Shown: piece by piece, positions 24,641 through 37,426 of the stretch | Numbering within the stretch: position 1 is the first letter of the stretch | How the letters are laid out: the number at the start of each line of letters is the position of its first letter | Source of the DNA: Vicugna vicugna | Taxonomy: Eukaryota | Reading direction: 5' to 3' | Assembly (NCBI GenBank): GCA_013265495.1 | Contig: MU058418.1 | Span: forward strand, 2,134,917 to 2,198,916 | DNA: 64,000 bases | Notes under the pieces: generated by a model | Told to the model about the DNA's origin: nothing | What the model saw: only the letters and a program-made list of their open reading frames with translations | Database searches by the model: none | Made by a program: the position numbers and the translations under genes

Positions 24641-27497
24641 AGTTACTAAGCATCTGTTGATTGATGAATGAATGAATGTGTCTAGTAAGCCAACCTCAAA
24701 ATCCTCACTTAAGAACATGCTGATCATAGTCTTTTATTTTAAAAAAAACCAGATCAACAGCTATCATGGAAATCCAAAATCTCATTAAACGCTTGGGCAG
24801 ATGCCTATTTCTCCTAAGCTTTCTCAAATACTTTATTTTCTGCTAACTATGTGTTGGACACTACCCAGAGAAGCAATCCTAAGTAGTTTAACTTCAAAAG
24901 GCAGAAAGCAGGACCTGTTATCTTGGTCTTAGATGGAAGAGCTATAATCATGATTCTCTCTTGTCTTTCTAAAATCCTTAGTTTCCAGTTTGGCTTATTC
25001 ATTTGCACTTGCTGTTGTCTTTCAAACACTTTGAAATAGTGGAATAGTCGTGGTATCCTAAGGCATCCATCCGGAGGCTTTTTTTGTTTTTTTTCCCCTG
25101 AGGCTTTGTAAATGAGCCTGACACATCATGGGAAAACACAGCCAGTGCACCGTCTCAGGACTGGCCAGACCTTTCTCCTCCTGTTCTTGTTTTTTGCTCT
25201 CCTGGCTCCGCACTCACCTAGTTTGGTTTGGCTCCTATTGTTAATCTAGCCCTTACTTGATTAACAACCTTATTTGAATTCGTTTTCAAGGCTGACCAGT
25301 GCCTCCCCTGGGACATGATGACTGGTGATAACCCCCTGGTCTGACATACTCAACCATGGGTACTTCGGTGAGGGGGGCTGCATAGCCTAGCCTTGGATTG
25401 AATTCAACCCTTGCCCAGTTTACTACTGATTGGATAATTTCAGAGACCAGTCAGTCCCCAGAGTTCGTGTCCTCTCCTGACTAACAAGGGATTACACAAG
25501 ACTTCCCTCCCATTCCCTCTGCTGCCAACACCGCCTGACATCTGGGTATCACAGGTGGGTGACAGAAAGATGCTATCCTCTGTTTGCTGTGCTCTCCAGC
25601 ACCCTGCACATTACTCCAACCAGCTGCCCGGAGAGCTTATCAGGCATTCCAAGTGCGGCTTTTCAGGCATGCTAAACCTTAGAGATACCCCTATATTGGA
25701 ATGAGTTTCATACTTGATCTCTTTCCTGGTAGAGGCAGAAGAGGAGTGGGTTGTTTCCATGGAGTCTGGCTCTCTCTTGATAGGCCAGTATTTGGGCTCC
25801 CTGAACCCAAACCCTGTTCTGAACAATGGATTTGGAGGCTCTACCCATTGAGAGTGGCCACCATGATTATATCCAGACCCTAGGAATATATCTATGGAAA
25901 AGGTGTGGGAGACAAGAGTTACATTGCTTGCTTGTGTCCCCATTGAAGATTTAGAGAAGAATAAGAATTAGACCCAATTTGGGGAAGATCTCAGGGGGAT
26001 ACTTCTTAGAGCTGCCAGGCCCACTGTCAACCTCTCTAATCCCGGACACATGTGAAGATGGAAGCATAGATGAGGATTCTCCCTCCTGTCCCATCTCGCT
26101 TTGACACCATTACCAAGTCCTCCATGCTGCCCTCCACGCTGAAGATGGAGCAATGACAGACCCCAAACCACTACTTGCTGGAGGCTCTGTGTACACCATA
26201 AGAGGCAGGGTAGGCACCTGGCAGGCTAGTGCCCAGCCTGAATAACCCCCACCATGGGAAAACTGAAAGACTATTCACACCACTGCCCAGGGGAAACCAA
26301 CTGGCCCCTACCATCACTTTGCCCCCACTTCCTGGCACAGTAGGAAGAAAAAGGTACTCCCTATACCCACAAAACAGAAGATGGCATGCTACTGCTTTTA
26401 GATCAACATGTTGAGAGGTTCATGGACATTGGGTAGCTTAGCATCTAACCAGCCTGACAGTCATCTCACCTCAGGCCAGCCTGACACGAGTGGACACACT
26501 GGTGACCAATGACTTGCAGTACCATCCACAATGTGATACACCTGGGGCAGGGAATTCCCAGACCAGGGCTGTCCATCACTCACTGGGGAAAATGAGTTTT
26601 TCTGGAATCTAGAAGGAGGAAGCGAGAGGGGCTTCTCAAGATGCCCAGGAATTGACTTCTACATTTTTCTCTTGGGCGAGGATGTAGTTCTTAGAAGTTG
26701 ATTTTGGCTCAAGGCCAACACAGCACAACAGTTGTATAGAATATACACTATAGATGGTGTAAACTTCTTCTAAATAGCAATAGAAGCTCCAAGTATAAAA
26801 GGGTTCTGGTACAGAATAAAATTAAGATTCGATCTGGCAATACTTTACTGTGCAGTGTCCCTGGCAGGACATACCCATCTTTACAGGTTTTGTAGTTATC
26901 AATTACCCAGCCTCACCCAGCCCCTGACCCAAGTTAGTATCTCTGTTTTGAAAGCCCTTCACTTCCGATTTTGCTTCTACCTTTCACCAAGCTGCTGGGT
27001 AAGACCAAACGTCAGAACCAACCTTTGCTTAGCAGAGGCTTTCAAATTGTATAGCAGGCTGCTAGGTTCCAAAGAAATTCCTTTGGGGATGCTATAGAAT
27101 GGGTGAGGGGAGGCTGGGCAGAAGGAGCTCAAGGTCTGGCCCCAACTGTAGCCTTTAAATGAGCCCAGCTGTGCATGCCTAGAATGTGACCATGCAATTG
27201 CCTGCTGATAGTGTGGCCCTCAGACTCAAGAAATCATTTTTACCACTTTTCCTCTGCCAGCTCCCAGGACAAGTACCAGTGTACAGGAAGTCTAGGGGAA
27301 GGACTAATACATTAAATGATACCAGAGGGTACCATCATCAAAATCCAGATGGTAGGAAACTCTAAAAGACAAACAACCAGTTTCTTTAGCATAAAAAACA
27401 CAAGATGATAGAAAGAGGTAGGGGCAACTTATAGATTAAAAGGGATTTGTGACATACTGATCAATACGTAAAACCTTATTCAAAAACAAACATTGTA

Positions 27498-28015
27498 AAT
27501 GTCCAGCAACAGATGACTGGATAAAGAAGATGTGGTATATTTATACAATGGAATACTATTCAGCCATAAAAATGACAACATAACACCATTTGCAACAACA
27601 AGGATGTCCCTGGAGAATGTCATTCTAAGTGAAGTAAACCAGAAAGAGAAAGAAAAATACCATATGAGATCACTCATATGTGGAATCTTAAAAAAAAAAA
27701 AAAGGAGCATAAATACAAAACAGACTCAAAAACATAGAATACAAACTTGTGGTTGCCAAGGGGGTGGGGGTGGGAAGGGACAGACTGGGATTTCAAAATT
27801 TGTAGATACTGACAGGCATATGCAGAATAGATAAACAAGATTATACTATAGCACAGGGAAATATATACAAGATCCTGTGGTAGATCACATTGGGAAAAAA
27901 TGTGACAATGAATATATGTATGTTCATGTATAACTGAAAAATTGTGTTCTACACTGGAATTTGACACAACGTTGTAAAATGACTATAACTCAATAAAAAA
28001 ATGTTTAAAAAAAAC
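27498..28015 (+). mobile_element. Relatively young 5'-truncated L1 3' end inserted in an older L1MC-like fragment (~27280-28340)
   Basis: ORF2 C-terminus (tggataaagaagatgtggtatatttatacaatggaatactattcagcc...), 3' UTR, AATAAA and A-tail. Confidence 0.9.
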
Positions 28016-29692
28016 AACGGACACCAACCAACTATATGAGACAAATAGTGAAATTTGACCACAGACTGATTAGTAGATGATTTATTATTAATTTTTTAGG
28101 TATGATCATGGTAATGTGATAATACATTTTAAAAGAGTCTTTATCTTTTTGAGATTTATACTAAAACATTTATAGATGAACTGATATGATATGGATTAGC
28201 TTAAAAACGAAGTAGGTTGGGGGAGGGGTGTAGGCAGAGGCATAGATGAAAGATGAGACAAGAATAGTCATTACTGATGTTGGTTGATGGACACATGGGG
28301 GTGGATTTTATATCAATCTCTCTACTTCTGTTTGAAATTTTCCATAATAAGAAGTTAAAAGGGTTATGAACACTGTGAATGGCATAGCTGAATAGATATA
28401 TTTTTTCTCTTTTTACCAATACTTATAATTTATGCTGTCTTTTTGTGGCCATGTAAATCACTCAGTTTTTTCAAGAGTAAGGTGAGGTAAAGAATAAACC
28501 AAAAGATATTTGCTTGGGGAGGCGTGGCAAAAAAAAAAAAGATATTTGCTTGCCTACCTTTATACCTGCTTCAGTTTCAATCACTATACTTTCTGACGTC
28601 ATTTAGTGACCTATGTTGGAATTTTGTGATTGTCCTTTTTACCTTTTTATTCATTTTACTCCCCACATTCTGGGGTTTTTTCCCAAGTTCATTCTCTTTA
28701 TTATGCTAATTCAATAGATAAATGCATAGAGAGGTAGATGAGAGTGTACATATGTAAGAAATAAAGGAGATGATATGTGGATATATACATGGATTAATAT
28801 ATAGTTCATTCTGTATATAATATATATAGGTCTACCTATAGATATAGATGATATAGATATAGATTGCAGTAACAAGTGTGTTTTTGCAACTTCCATTTTT
28901 GATTTTCACTGTACTGCACTTTATTAGTATCCCTATATCCTAATCATCACAATGTCCCCTCTTAACTTACTGAGAATATAAAGCAGATCTCTAAATTTTT
29001 CTTCTCTCATTCAGTAAATCTATTTCAAGTGGGTGATTTTCTCCCAAACACATCTTTATTCTTCTTCCCTCTTTTGCAAATGCCATAGCGTTTGCTCTCT
29101 TCTTTTTAGTCATTCTGAGCTTCAGGAGTCTTTGTCTTGAGAAATTAGGTCCAAACCCCTGTTCAGCATCCGTTCGAGGGCAGGGAGATTTCTTGGGTCC
29201 AGAGTCAGAGGGCAGACTGGATGAACAGGTGAAGCCAACCAACATCTGGAGCCAGAGGGTAAACTGGTGCTATTCTAGTTCCCATTCCTGCCTTATAAGT
29301 GTGAATTAGTGCAGAGCAACGTAACCATTGACAGGACTTAGTAATGAAACTCAAGGTGAGTGGAAAAGCAGGCAGCAGAGGCTGTCAGCATTGAATGTAG
29401 GACCACAACAGATTTTTGATGCTTCAGCTGGACAACACATTATTAAAAGAAGATCAAATCATATAAGCTTAATTGTTTTTAAACAAATGTAGGTTCTGAA
29501 GGATAAAAACACAAGTTAACAAGCAAATAAAGCCGTCTGAGCTAATCAACTGAATTCAGACTCTGGGATTCCTGTGCCAGGGCAAAAAGAAAAAAAAAAA
29601 AAAGGGGCAACTCCAGGAATTATTTGTGTCTCAGATAAACCATGAGTTTTGAGGCTGCTTTGATAGCCATTGATGTATAAAAATAAACATAC

Positions 29693-29789
29693 CAAAGTGA
29701 GAGACTTCTGGGGAATTGAGCTTCTCCAGTATCAGCTTTGTGACAAGTTCATCTGGAATGCTTTGGCCTCTGATCAACATCGACTGCAA
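29693..29789 (-). CDS. AK9: AK9 coding exon 4 (97 nt)
   Basis: LQSMLIRGQSIPDELVTKLILEKLNSPEVSHF (adenylate-kinase NMP-binding region); AG/GT boundaries. Confidence 0.95.
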
Positions 29790-29890
29790 CTAAGAACAAG
29801 CAGAGATATTGTACATGACTGTATAATGGGTCTGTGATACTGAGCTTTTTAAAGAAATCATAACAATTTTGAAACTTAAGATTTATTTAC

Positions 29891-29943
29891 CATAACTCCT
29901 GATTTAGTTTCACTGGCAATGTGTTCTTCCAAAATTGGTAAAG
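29891..29943 (-). CDS. AK9: AK9 coding exon 3 (53 nt)
   Basis: (A)LPILEEHIASETKSGVM; AG/GT boundaries, phase consistent. Confidence 0.93.
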
Positions 29944-31499
29944 CTACAATATGAATTCAAAATATTAGCACAAACTGGTACTAGAATTGCCAAATTGAGA
30001 AACAGATTTGTGTGTTTTATAACAGGTAACAAAGATTAACATTTGTTTATCACTTTAGAATTTACAAAGCACATTTATTCACATTATGTCATTTAAGCCC
30101 AACCAAAGTACAAGGTAGCAGAATGTATTCCACAGAGAACTCGCCTCCACTCGCTAGCTAAAAGATCTTGGGGAAGCTAACTTCCTAAACACCTTTGCAC
30201 CTTGCATGCTTGTGCCCTATGTAGTATGCAAGGGAATATGAGGAAGAAACGAAGTTGTATATGACAGTGATTTGGAAATTGTAAAGTATAGCATAAACGT
30301 ATACCCTAGTATTACTAGTCCAGATACTTCATAACCGTACAGTTACATCCAGAGCCCATATTTTGCACATAATTTTGCATACTGGTTGTATAAAAGGAAA
30401 ATACGCATCAAGAAATGTTAAAAATAGATAAACGCTGATTAGGAAACAGGGGCCCTGAGGCTGAAATTCCAATAATTTGTCTCCTTTTTAAGAGGAAATA
30501 TTTCTTCACATGATGGACGATATCCTGGGATAGAAATGACAGGGGGAAGGTCAAGGGGAGGACCTAGGAGCTGATTATGTCCCTAGCTGCTAATAATCTA
30601 TGGACTGTTTGGTATTTTTTTAAGCTTTCCTATTAGTGAATTTTATTTTAATAAAGAAAGAGGGAAATTGTAAAGTTTTGTATATGTGTGTGTTATATGT
30701 TACCGAATTATTATTCCCAAAATTGTATCAGGTCTCAGTTTCACTAACAGCATGTGGAATGCTCATTTGATAACATCCTTGCCAACAATGATGGTAGAAA
30801 CTTTAAAGATTCAGTGCCAATTTAGTAGGCAAATATGCATCAGCATTATTTTAATTAGCATGTCCTTGAATAACAATGAAGTTAAACCTTTTTCTTACGT
30901 TTGTCCATTTTTATTTCTACTTTTATGAATTACAGATTCATTCTCTTGCTTATTTTTCTATTAAGGCATAAACAGCATTACTGATTAAGTGAATATTTAT
31001 ATACAAAGATATCAATCCTCATCTTATATATTGCAAAGAATGCAAAGCAAATCATAAACAATAAAAAATAAAATTTATCACTGAAAATAACTAAGTCCTG
31101 GAAAATCCTGCCAAGATTTCTCCCAAGCTGTGAGAGTTCCATCTCTTCTTATCTTTCATAGGGGGAACACCCCAAACACACATATCCCCAATAGCTCTAA
31201 ATTATGGAATTAGAGAATTAGAGGCAGTAGAATAGAGTCAAAGACATTTCATAAACCTCCTAAATTCTATGAACAAAACTAGGACTAACAAAAGGGCAAA
31301 ACATGTCTGATGCTATCACAAAGGTAGTATTCACTGGGTTCATAGTGTTGTGTGATAAAGAAAATACAGCAAATGTTAATCATAGAATCTGGGTGGTGAG
31401 TAGATGGGTATATGAATGTTCACTGTATACTCCTTTACATTTTAATGCATATTTGAAAGTTTTCATAATAAAATATTGGGGAAAAAGGATAAAATTTAC

Positions 31500-31563
31500 C
31501 TTCTACACGAATACATCTCCATGTCTGTGATATCTGTTGGGCTAATGTTGTCTTCCCAACCCC
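31500..31563 (-). CDS. AK9: AK9 coding exon 2 (64 nt)
   Basis: GVGKTTLAQQISQTWRCIRVE completes the P-loop GKPGVGKT; tttaag acceptor, GTAAAT donor. Confidence 0.95.
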
Positions 31564-32840
31564 CTTAAAAAGAAAGATGTTATTTAAAATCCAATAGAAT
31601 AGCTATTTGCCAATAAAACATATTCTCATTTTTAAGGACTCTACTGATGGTTACTACAATTACATAAATATTATCAAGTTGAGTTTTTCCCACATAATAA
31701 AGAGTAGACCCTAGTATTTACAGCTTCATTTTTCTCTGTCACATTTGCCACATTTTATGAAGTGATATAAATATTTTTTTAATTAAGAAAATAGTCCTGA
31801 AACTAGAAAGCTGTACCATAATGATATTCTAGGTATTGCACTGTTTTGATTGTTAAATTTTGTAATTTTGAATACAAGTCATTGTGATTCTATGGAGATT
31901 CATCATTTTATTTCCTTCCTAAAGTTTATAATCATGAACGTTTTGACAGATTTCCATTTAGTAACTTTCAAGGGCAAAAAATTCCTTCTTAATTGACATC
32001 TTACAGAAGGATCATATTTTAAAGATAAAAGTTCACTTTAATGAAGTAATATTTGCATCTGATTGCTTTCACTGTTGACTTTTAAAACTCTTATTATGTT
32101 TTTAGAAACCTAGTGAAAGTTATTGGAACCATTTCTTGGTTCCTGTCCCAGGGTCCCTGTAAAATCAAGTCAAGGATAGGATCCAGCCCCTAGTCTCTGC
32201 TGTTCTGAAGAGGCTTTTAAATTAACCAGCTCAGGCCCTCTAAGGGTAGCTACCAACTAGCTCAGTGGCTGAAAAAAGCTCTTATCTAGAGGTCCTTACT
32301 AGAACTGCCTAGGAAGGCAATCTATCTTACAACAGCCACTCTTGGCTTCTTCCTGTTTTGTAGAAAGATAATAAATAAGTCTACTAATACACTATGAATA
32401 AAGATGAAGCCCATCGCCTCTCAGTAGCTTCTGTTATTAATGGAGAATCTTACATTTGTCTCTATAGTGCCCCACCTTCACACATCCAGAGAGCCTCACA
32501 ACAAATTTCACAGAACGTTTTATATGCAAATTGAATGTGAAATAGCCTTGGATCACATACCACTAACAGTTGTCATGGTGCAGTGCTTTGATGAGTTGAT
32601 TTATTCATAATATAAAAACAAAGGTAAATACAATCTAGATTCCTTTTCACTTACAGTGTACAAGAGGACAGAAAGTTATAACTTACAACCAATAGTATAT
32701 CAGATTTTAAGTCATACAATGAAAGTCTAACAAACACTCAAAAAAATTAGCACCCTAGGTGGTTCTCATTCTTGTATGGTAACAGAAGATTATGACTTTA
32801 AAAATTGAAAAAATTAAATAAGTTAGAAGAGATAACTTAC

Positions 32841-32957
32841 TGGTTTCCCAAATACAACAAAGCAAACAGGTTTAGACAACATAAAGTTTTTTTCAGCTTC
32901 ATCTTCATTAAATATATCCACAAAAGGATGCTCTTCTGTCTTCTCTTGAGAAGTCAT
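32841..32957 (-). CDS. AK9: AK9 first coding exon (exon spans 32841-32968; 117 coding nt)
   Basis: MTSQEKTEEHPFVDIFNEDEAEKNFMLSKPVCFVVFGKP; acceptor ...ttactgtag 11 nt before the ATG; donor GTAAGT. Confidence 0.95.
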
Positions 32958-33079
32958 AATACAAAATACTACAGTAAGAAAGAGTAAGATTGTTAAAGTA
33001 CCTAATTTAGGAGGAACGGGCATGCAGGTTAGGGAGAAATAGAATATCCTGCGGATTTGCTTAGCCCAGAAGCCATTCC

Positions 33080-35090
33080 ACCCCACTGTACACATGGATT
33101 TTGCCAATAATGGCAAATAAGTTAAACTGATCTATTAAAATAGTAGTAAGTTCATAGTTTGAGACAAAAAGCAAAAGCCAGCTATATGCTACATAAAAGA
33201 TAGTTAAAATAAAGGGTTTTTGAAAGACTAAATTAAGGGAAAAAATAAATATATGTATACATACAATGTATGTTTTGATGTGTGTATTCCCTTAAAGATC
33301 AAGTTAGTGTACATACAACCAAACAAAAAGCCAATAGCAAATACTTAAAAAAAGTTATACATATATACACATATACATTTGTCTATGTGTATGTGTGTAG
33401 GGCCTACTAATGGCTCTGAAAGAAATGCTAAAAAATTAGAAAATATGTAGGACTGAAAAATAATGAAAATAATATACAGCAAAACTTATAATATGTAGCC
33501 AAAATAGTATTTAGAAACTTTAAACATCTACACTAGAACCAAAGAAAGTCTGAAAAGTAATGAGAGAAGCACACAAGTTAAGAGGGTAGAAAAACAGGAA
33601 AAATGGAAAAATACATTTTAAAAATTAATAAAATAGAAAACAAACATTATAGAAAGAAGGTCAACAAAGCTAAATAGTGGTATTTTGAAAAGACTTGTAA
33701 ATAGAAAACTCCTGTCAAGATTGATCAAGAACAGAAGATAGAAGACACAATTAAACAATATTAGACATTAGTTTTTCACAAGTATGTTTTCTTACATCTC
33801 AAAGCTAAGATTTTCCTATCTCTTTGTTGTTGTTATTTCTAACTTTCATTATAGTCAAAGAATGGTCTCCGTATTATATTAATTTGTTGAGTCTTGCCTT
33901 ACTGCCTAGCACATCATAATTTAAAAAAAAAAATCCCTGTATCCTTGAAGAAGATACGCAATTTACATTTATCTGATGTAATGTTCTTTAAATGCTGTTT
34001 ACATCAAGTTTGCGAATTTTATTGGTTAAATCTTCCATAATGCTTACTGACTTATCTACTTGATCAAACAATATTAGACATAGAAATGAGGAAGGACCAA
34101 AGAGGTAATAATGCTGCAGAAACATAGATAATGAGAGGATATCATAAACAAAGTTATCCAAGTAAATTTGAAAACTTAAGCAAAATTGACAGATTACTAG
34201 AAAAATCAGCTTCTTAGGGAAAAAAGGAAACCTGAGTGGTTCTATAACCCTTAAAGAAACTGAATCAGTAACTAAAAATTTTCCCAAAGGAAACCAGGGA
34301 GTTTTATTGAAGTGCTCCAAGTCTTATAATCTTATAGACACTCTTTCAAAGAAAAGATAAAATGGAGACTTCTTACATCAGTTTATGGGACTCATACAAC
34401 CTCCATACCTAAACCAGAGACTAGAGTGAAAAAGCAAAATTATATGCCAGATTTATTCATGAACAAGATTTTTAAAAACCCTAATCAAAATATCAGCAAG
34501 TTGAATCCAGCAATATATAAAGTTAAAAACATCATGACAAAGCTGGGTTTTCCCCAAGAACTCAAGCATGGTATAATATGAGAAAATTAATTTGTTGTAT
34601 TAAAATAAATTTAAGGAGAAAAACTGTATGATCATCTTAATAGATACAGAAAAAGTATGAGACAATTTAACACCCTTTAATGATCAATAAAAGATAAACC
34701 TCTTAGCAATTAGGAATAGAAGGGACCTTCTTTTATTGGCAAAGACATGAACAAAAGACAATCATTATATTTAATGATTAAGTATTTAAAATGGATCTTT
34801 TTAAGGCGAAAGACAGAAAACTATAATTATTTCCAGTTGATATGATTGTCTATATAGAAAACCCAAATATATCACAGATAAATTTTAAGAATTAATGAGA
34901 TAATCCAATTTGCTGAATTAAAAATCATTATACAAAATTCAGTTGTATTTTTATACATCAAAAATAGCTATAAAATGTAACCAAAACAAATATGACTTAG
35001 CAGCAAAAATATAAAGTAACCAGAATTAAATATAACAAAAGATATACAAGCCTTTTTATAGAAAAATTACAAAATCTTAAGGAATAGACT
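33080..35090 (+). mobile_element. Old, degenerate L1 ORF2 fragment containing an inverted internal segment
   Basis: A-rich ORF2-like sequence (tcaacaaagctaaatagtgg...tttgaaaagac; gatatgattgtctatatagaaaaccc); 33769-34065 is L1 in reverse orientation. Confidence 0.75.
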
Positions 35091-35439
35091 TTTAATGAGC
35101 AGACTTGAAAAATGGAACAAAACTATGTCCCAGTGGTCTGGAATATTGTTCACAGAACTATAAAAAATGGACTAGAGGGGGCTATATACTTCCACATAAA
35201 AGTGATATGATTATGTTTCTCTGTGGAAGTTAAGAATATTCAAATGGGTTTAATATACCAATATTGTTTTAATATGACATTATGAAACAAAATATAGTAA
35301 AAAATATTACTTACTAGTATATTGAAAAGATTTGAGATGAAAACTTCATGAACCAAAGGGCTGAAATTTCAAGATTTTAAAAAATACCAGCAAAATAAGT
35401 AATGCTGTAAGATGTAGTATAAAGGGGAAAAGGCATCTA

Positions 35440-37426
35440 AACCTTTTAGAGAGATGGTGCATTTATTGAGTCTCCGTAAATACACTAAAACCAGGGCCCT
35501 ACGGCCTGGGATGGGGATATCTAGGTGGATGTCTGAGAATCCCAAGATTACACCCAAATGCTCTGCATTAACAGAAGTAGCCTTCTTAGTTCTGGAAGGT
35601 AGCAGCTTCTCCTTGCCAAACCTGAGGCAGATGCCTCAGCAGACAATATTTGCCCTCTACAAGATCTGCCTTTATGTTCTCTTATAGCTCCAAGAGCAAT
35701 AACTGGGGTCAAATGTCAGGGCAGCCCACCTGGGGAGGCACTAGTACAGGAAGAAAAGTATCATGCACCTGAAGGGCTCCAGGGCCTGGGTATGATGCAC
35801 TGACAAGAACCAGGAGAGCACACCTGGCAAAGATCTTGAGGGTGTCAGGTGGAGGAATGTAGACTAGAGCAGAGTTTATTTGACATGTGTACCCTCTCCC
35901 ATGACTCATGGTTTATCATCCTGGCTAGGACACCTGGAGCAAGTCCTAATTCAAGGCTGGTAAGATTCCTTGAAGCTTGGGGAAAAAGACAACAGACAGT
36001 AAATGAGGTGGAAATGCCGGAATTGCCTTGGCATAGCCCAGAGAAAGTGTTAAAGGCTCAACAAAGGTGCCATGTGAAATGGATTTATTACATGAGGCCA
36101 GAGAGCATCAGCCAAGCCTGCTCTCTGGGATGGCCAGAGGATACTCCTTTCATTAAAATATTAAGGTATGAACTGGGATCAGGCCAAATAAGTTTCATAA
36201 ACAAGCAGCCTAAACCCCCCATATCACCTACCTCTTGCTCACCAATGTCTCTTGGCTCATACCTCATGTGGAATTCCTTAGGAACAGCTAATAAAAAAAA
36301 ATCATGGATAAATCACGATATATTGGTGCAAGCTGTAAATGGAATGCTTTCAGACTTAGTCCCACTCAGGAGTAGCCTTGAGAGATGGTGATTACGGGAA
36401 ATCCTCCCGGTGGACTGAGTTTAAGCAGTTTTTCTAGGTCGTCAGTTTGGAGAACAATGCTGAATGGCTTGGTCCAGGGCCTGGAAGTTTTTTTAGAGAA
36501 AAAACTTTAAATGTAGGACCTATTTCTAAGAAACCCTCCTCAAAGGTCAAGGCATGGGCAATTCAAATTTTAAAAGAAAAGAATTTTAATCATTCTTGGA
36601 AATTTAAGTGACAGTGGTTTTTAAGAGCTGTAAATCTAAGATCTCTTTTAAAACAGAAAAGGTTTTAATTTTTGAGGGACTCACACCTGACAACTCCAAT
36701 TAAACAATGGACTGGATGATAAGAGAAAGAGTTCTGGGGAAGAAGCATATGAGAGTGGTGTAACAAACATAATCTACGGCGACCCCTAATGCGTCACACC
36801 CTTGTGTAAGGAGTTATTGCACTGGCAGGTGGAGGTACAGTTGCTGCCACGTTAATTGGGGACAGGGAGATGTATGTCGTTTTGTGAGTCCTTTTCTTTT
36901 AGAAACTGGGACCAGACACCACCTTGAAGAACCAGTGATGGGATGATGTGAACTTAATGTGGGGGAGGAGTGGATATGAGTGGTGCAAAGATTAAAACGT
37001 AGCAGGATTTATTAGTGCCCTGCCCCATCCACTTGCCATGTACCTTTTCCATGGATGGCCAGCCCAACTTCCAACTACTGGCATGTGTGATTGTCTAAGG
37101 GCTCTTCCCAGCTGCCAGAACTTATTATGCCTCAGCACTGAGCAGACTGGAAGTTTCAGGGAATTAATCTGTCATATAGCATGTTTCAATTAATAACTGA
37201 CGGGAGTTGGTGAATAAATATCCCAGCTCCCCCTTAAGGGGGAATAACAGACATACATCCAAACATTCTCCAGTGAATTCAACCTGCAGAGAAATTTGCT
37301 TGATAATATTCCCTTTATTAGCTTCCCTCTCTTTCTTCCTGTTGTTTACTAGATTATTACCCATGAAAACTATTTGTCCTCAAGTTTTGTCTCAGGATCT
37401 GCTTCTGGGTGAAAAAAACTAAGACC
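35440..37426 (+). mobile_element. ERV-L relic: gag and pol fragments plus LTR16-like 3' LTR (36998-37426)
   Basis: TVNEVEMPELPW...WIYYMRP...PEDTPF in track ORF 35849..36391 matches ERV-L gag; gggaaatcctcccggtggactgag matches the ERV-L RNase H GKSSQWAE motif; LTR16-like gactggaagtttcagggaattaa and ctcaggatctgcttctggg...ctaagac. Confidence 0.8.

Larger units (their letters stand above)
183..32957 (-). other. AK9: AK9 gene, 5' coding portion (11 coding exons in window; gene continues beyond position 1)
   Basis: Exons have GT-AG boundaries and consistent phases and splice into one open frame of 1257 nt (419 aa): MTSQEKTEEHPF...VVFGKPGVGKTTLA...GPQSSGKTTLSNLLAKHYKGK. This matches AK9 as I recall it, with two adenylate-kinase P-loops; AK9 is known to lie head-to-head with FIG4. 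Confidence 0.96.

Noticed and set aside
26229..26290. SLNNPHHGKTERLF resembling bornavirus nucleoprotein ALNRPSHGETATLL
   Set aside because: Isolated short match; flanking residues in all frames do not extend the alignment.
27150..27195. Minus-strand ggtcac...cagctgggctcatttaaagg resembling the AAV p5 promoter
   Set aside because: Generic E-box/TATA-like text, on the opposite strand from the putative capsid motifs, with no Rep-like sequence downstream.
35849..36391. 180-aa ORF as a domesticated Fv1-like gag restriction factor
   Set aside because: Only a central stretch resembles ERV-L gag, similarity breaks at apparent frameshifts, the start is GTG, and the rest runs into deleted pol remnants.
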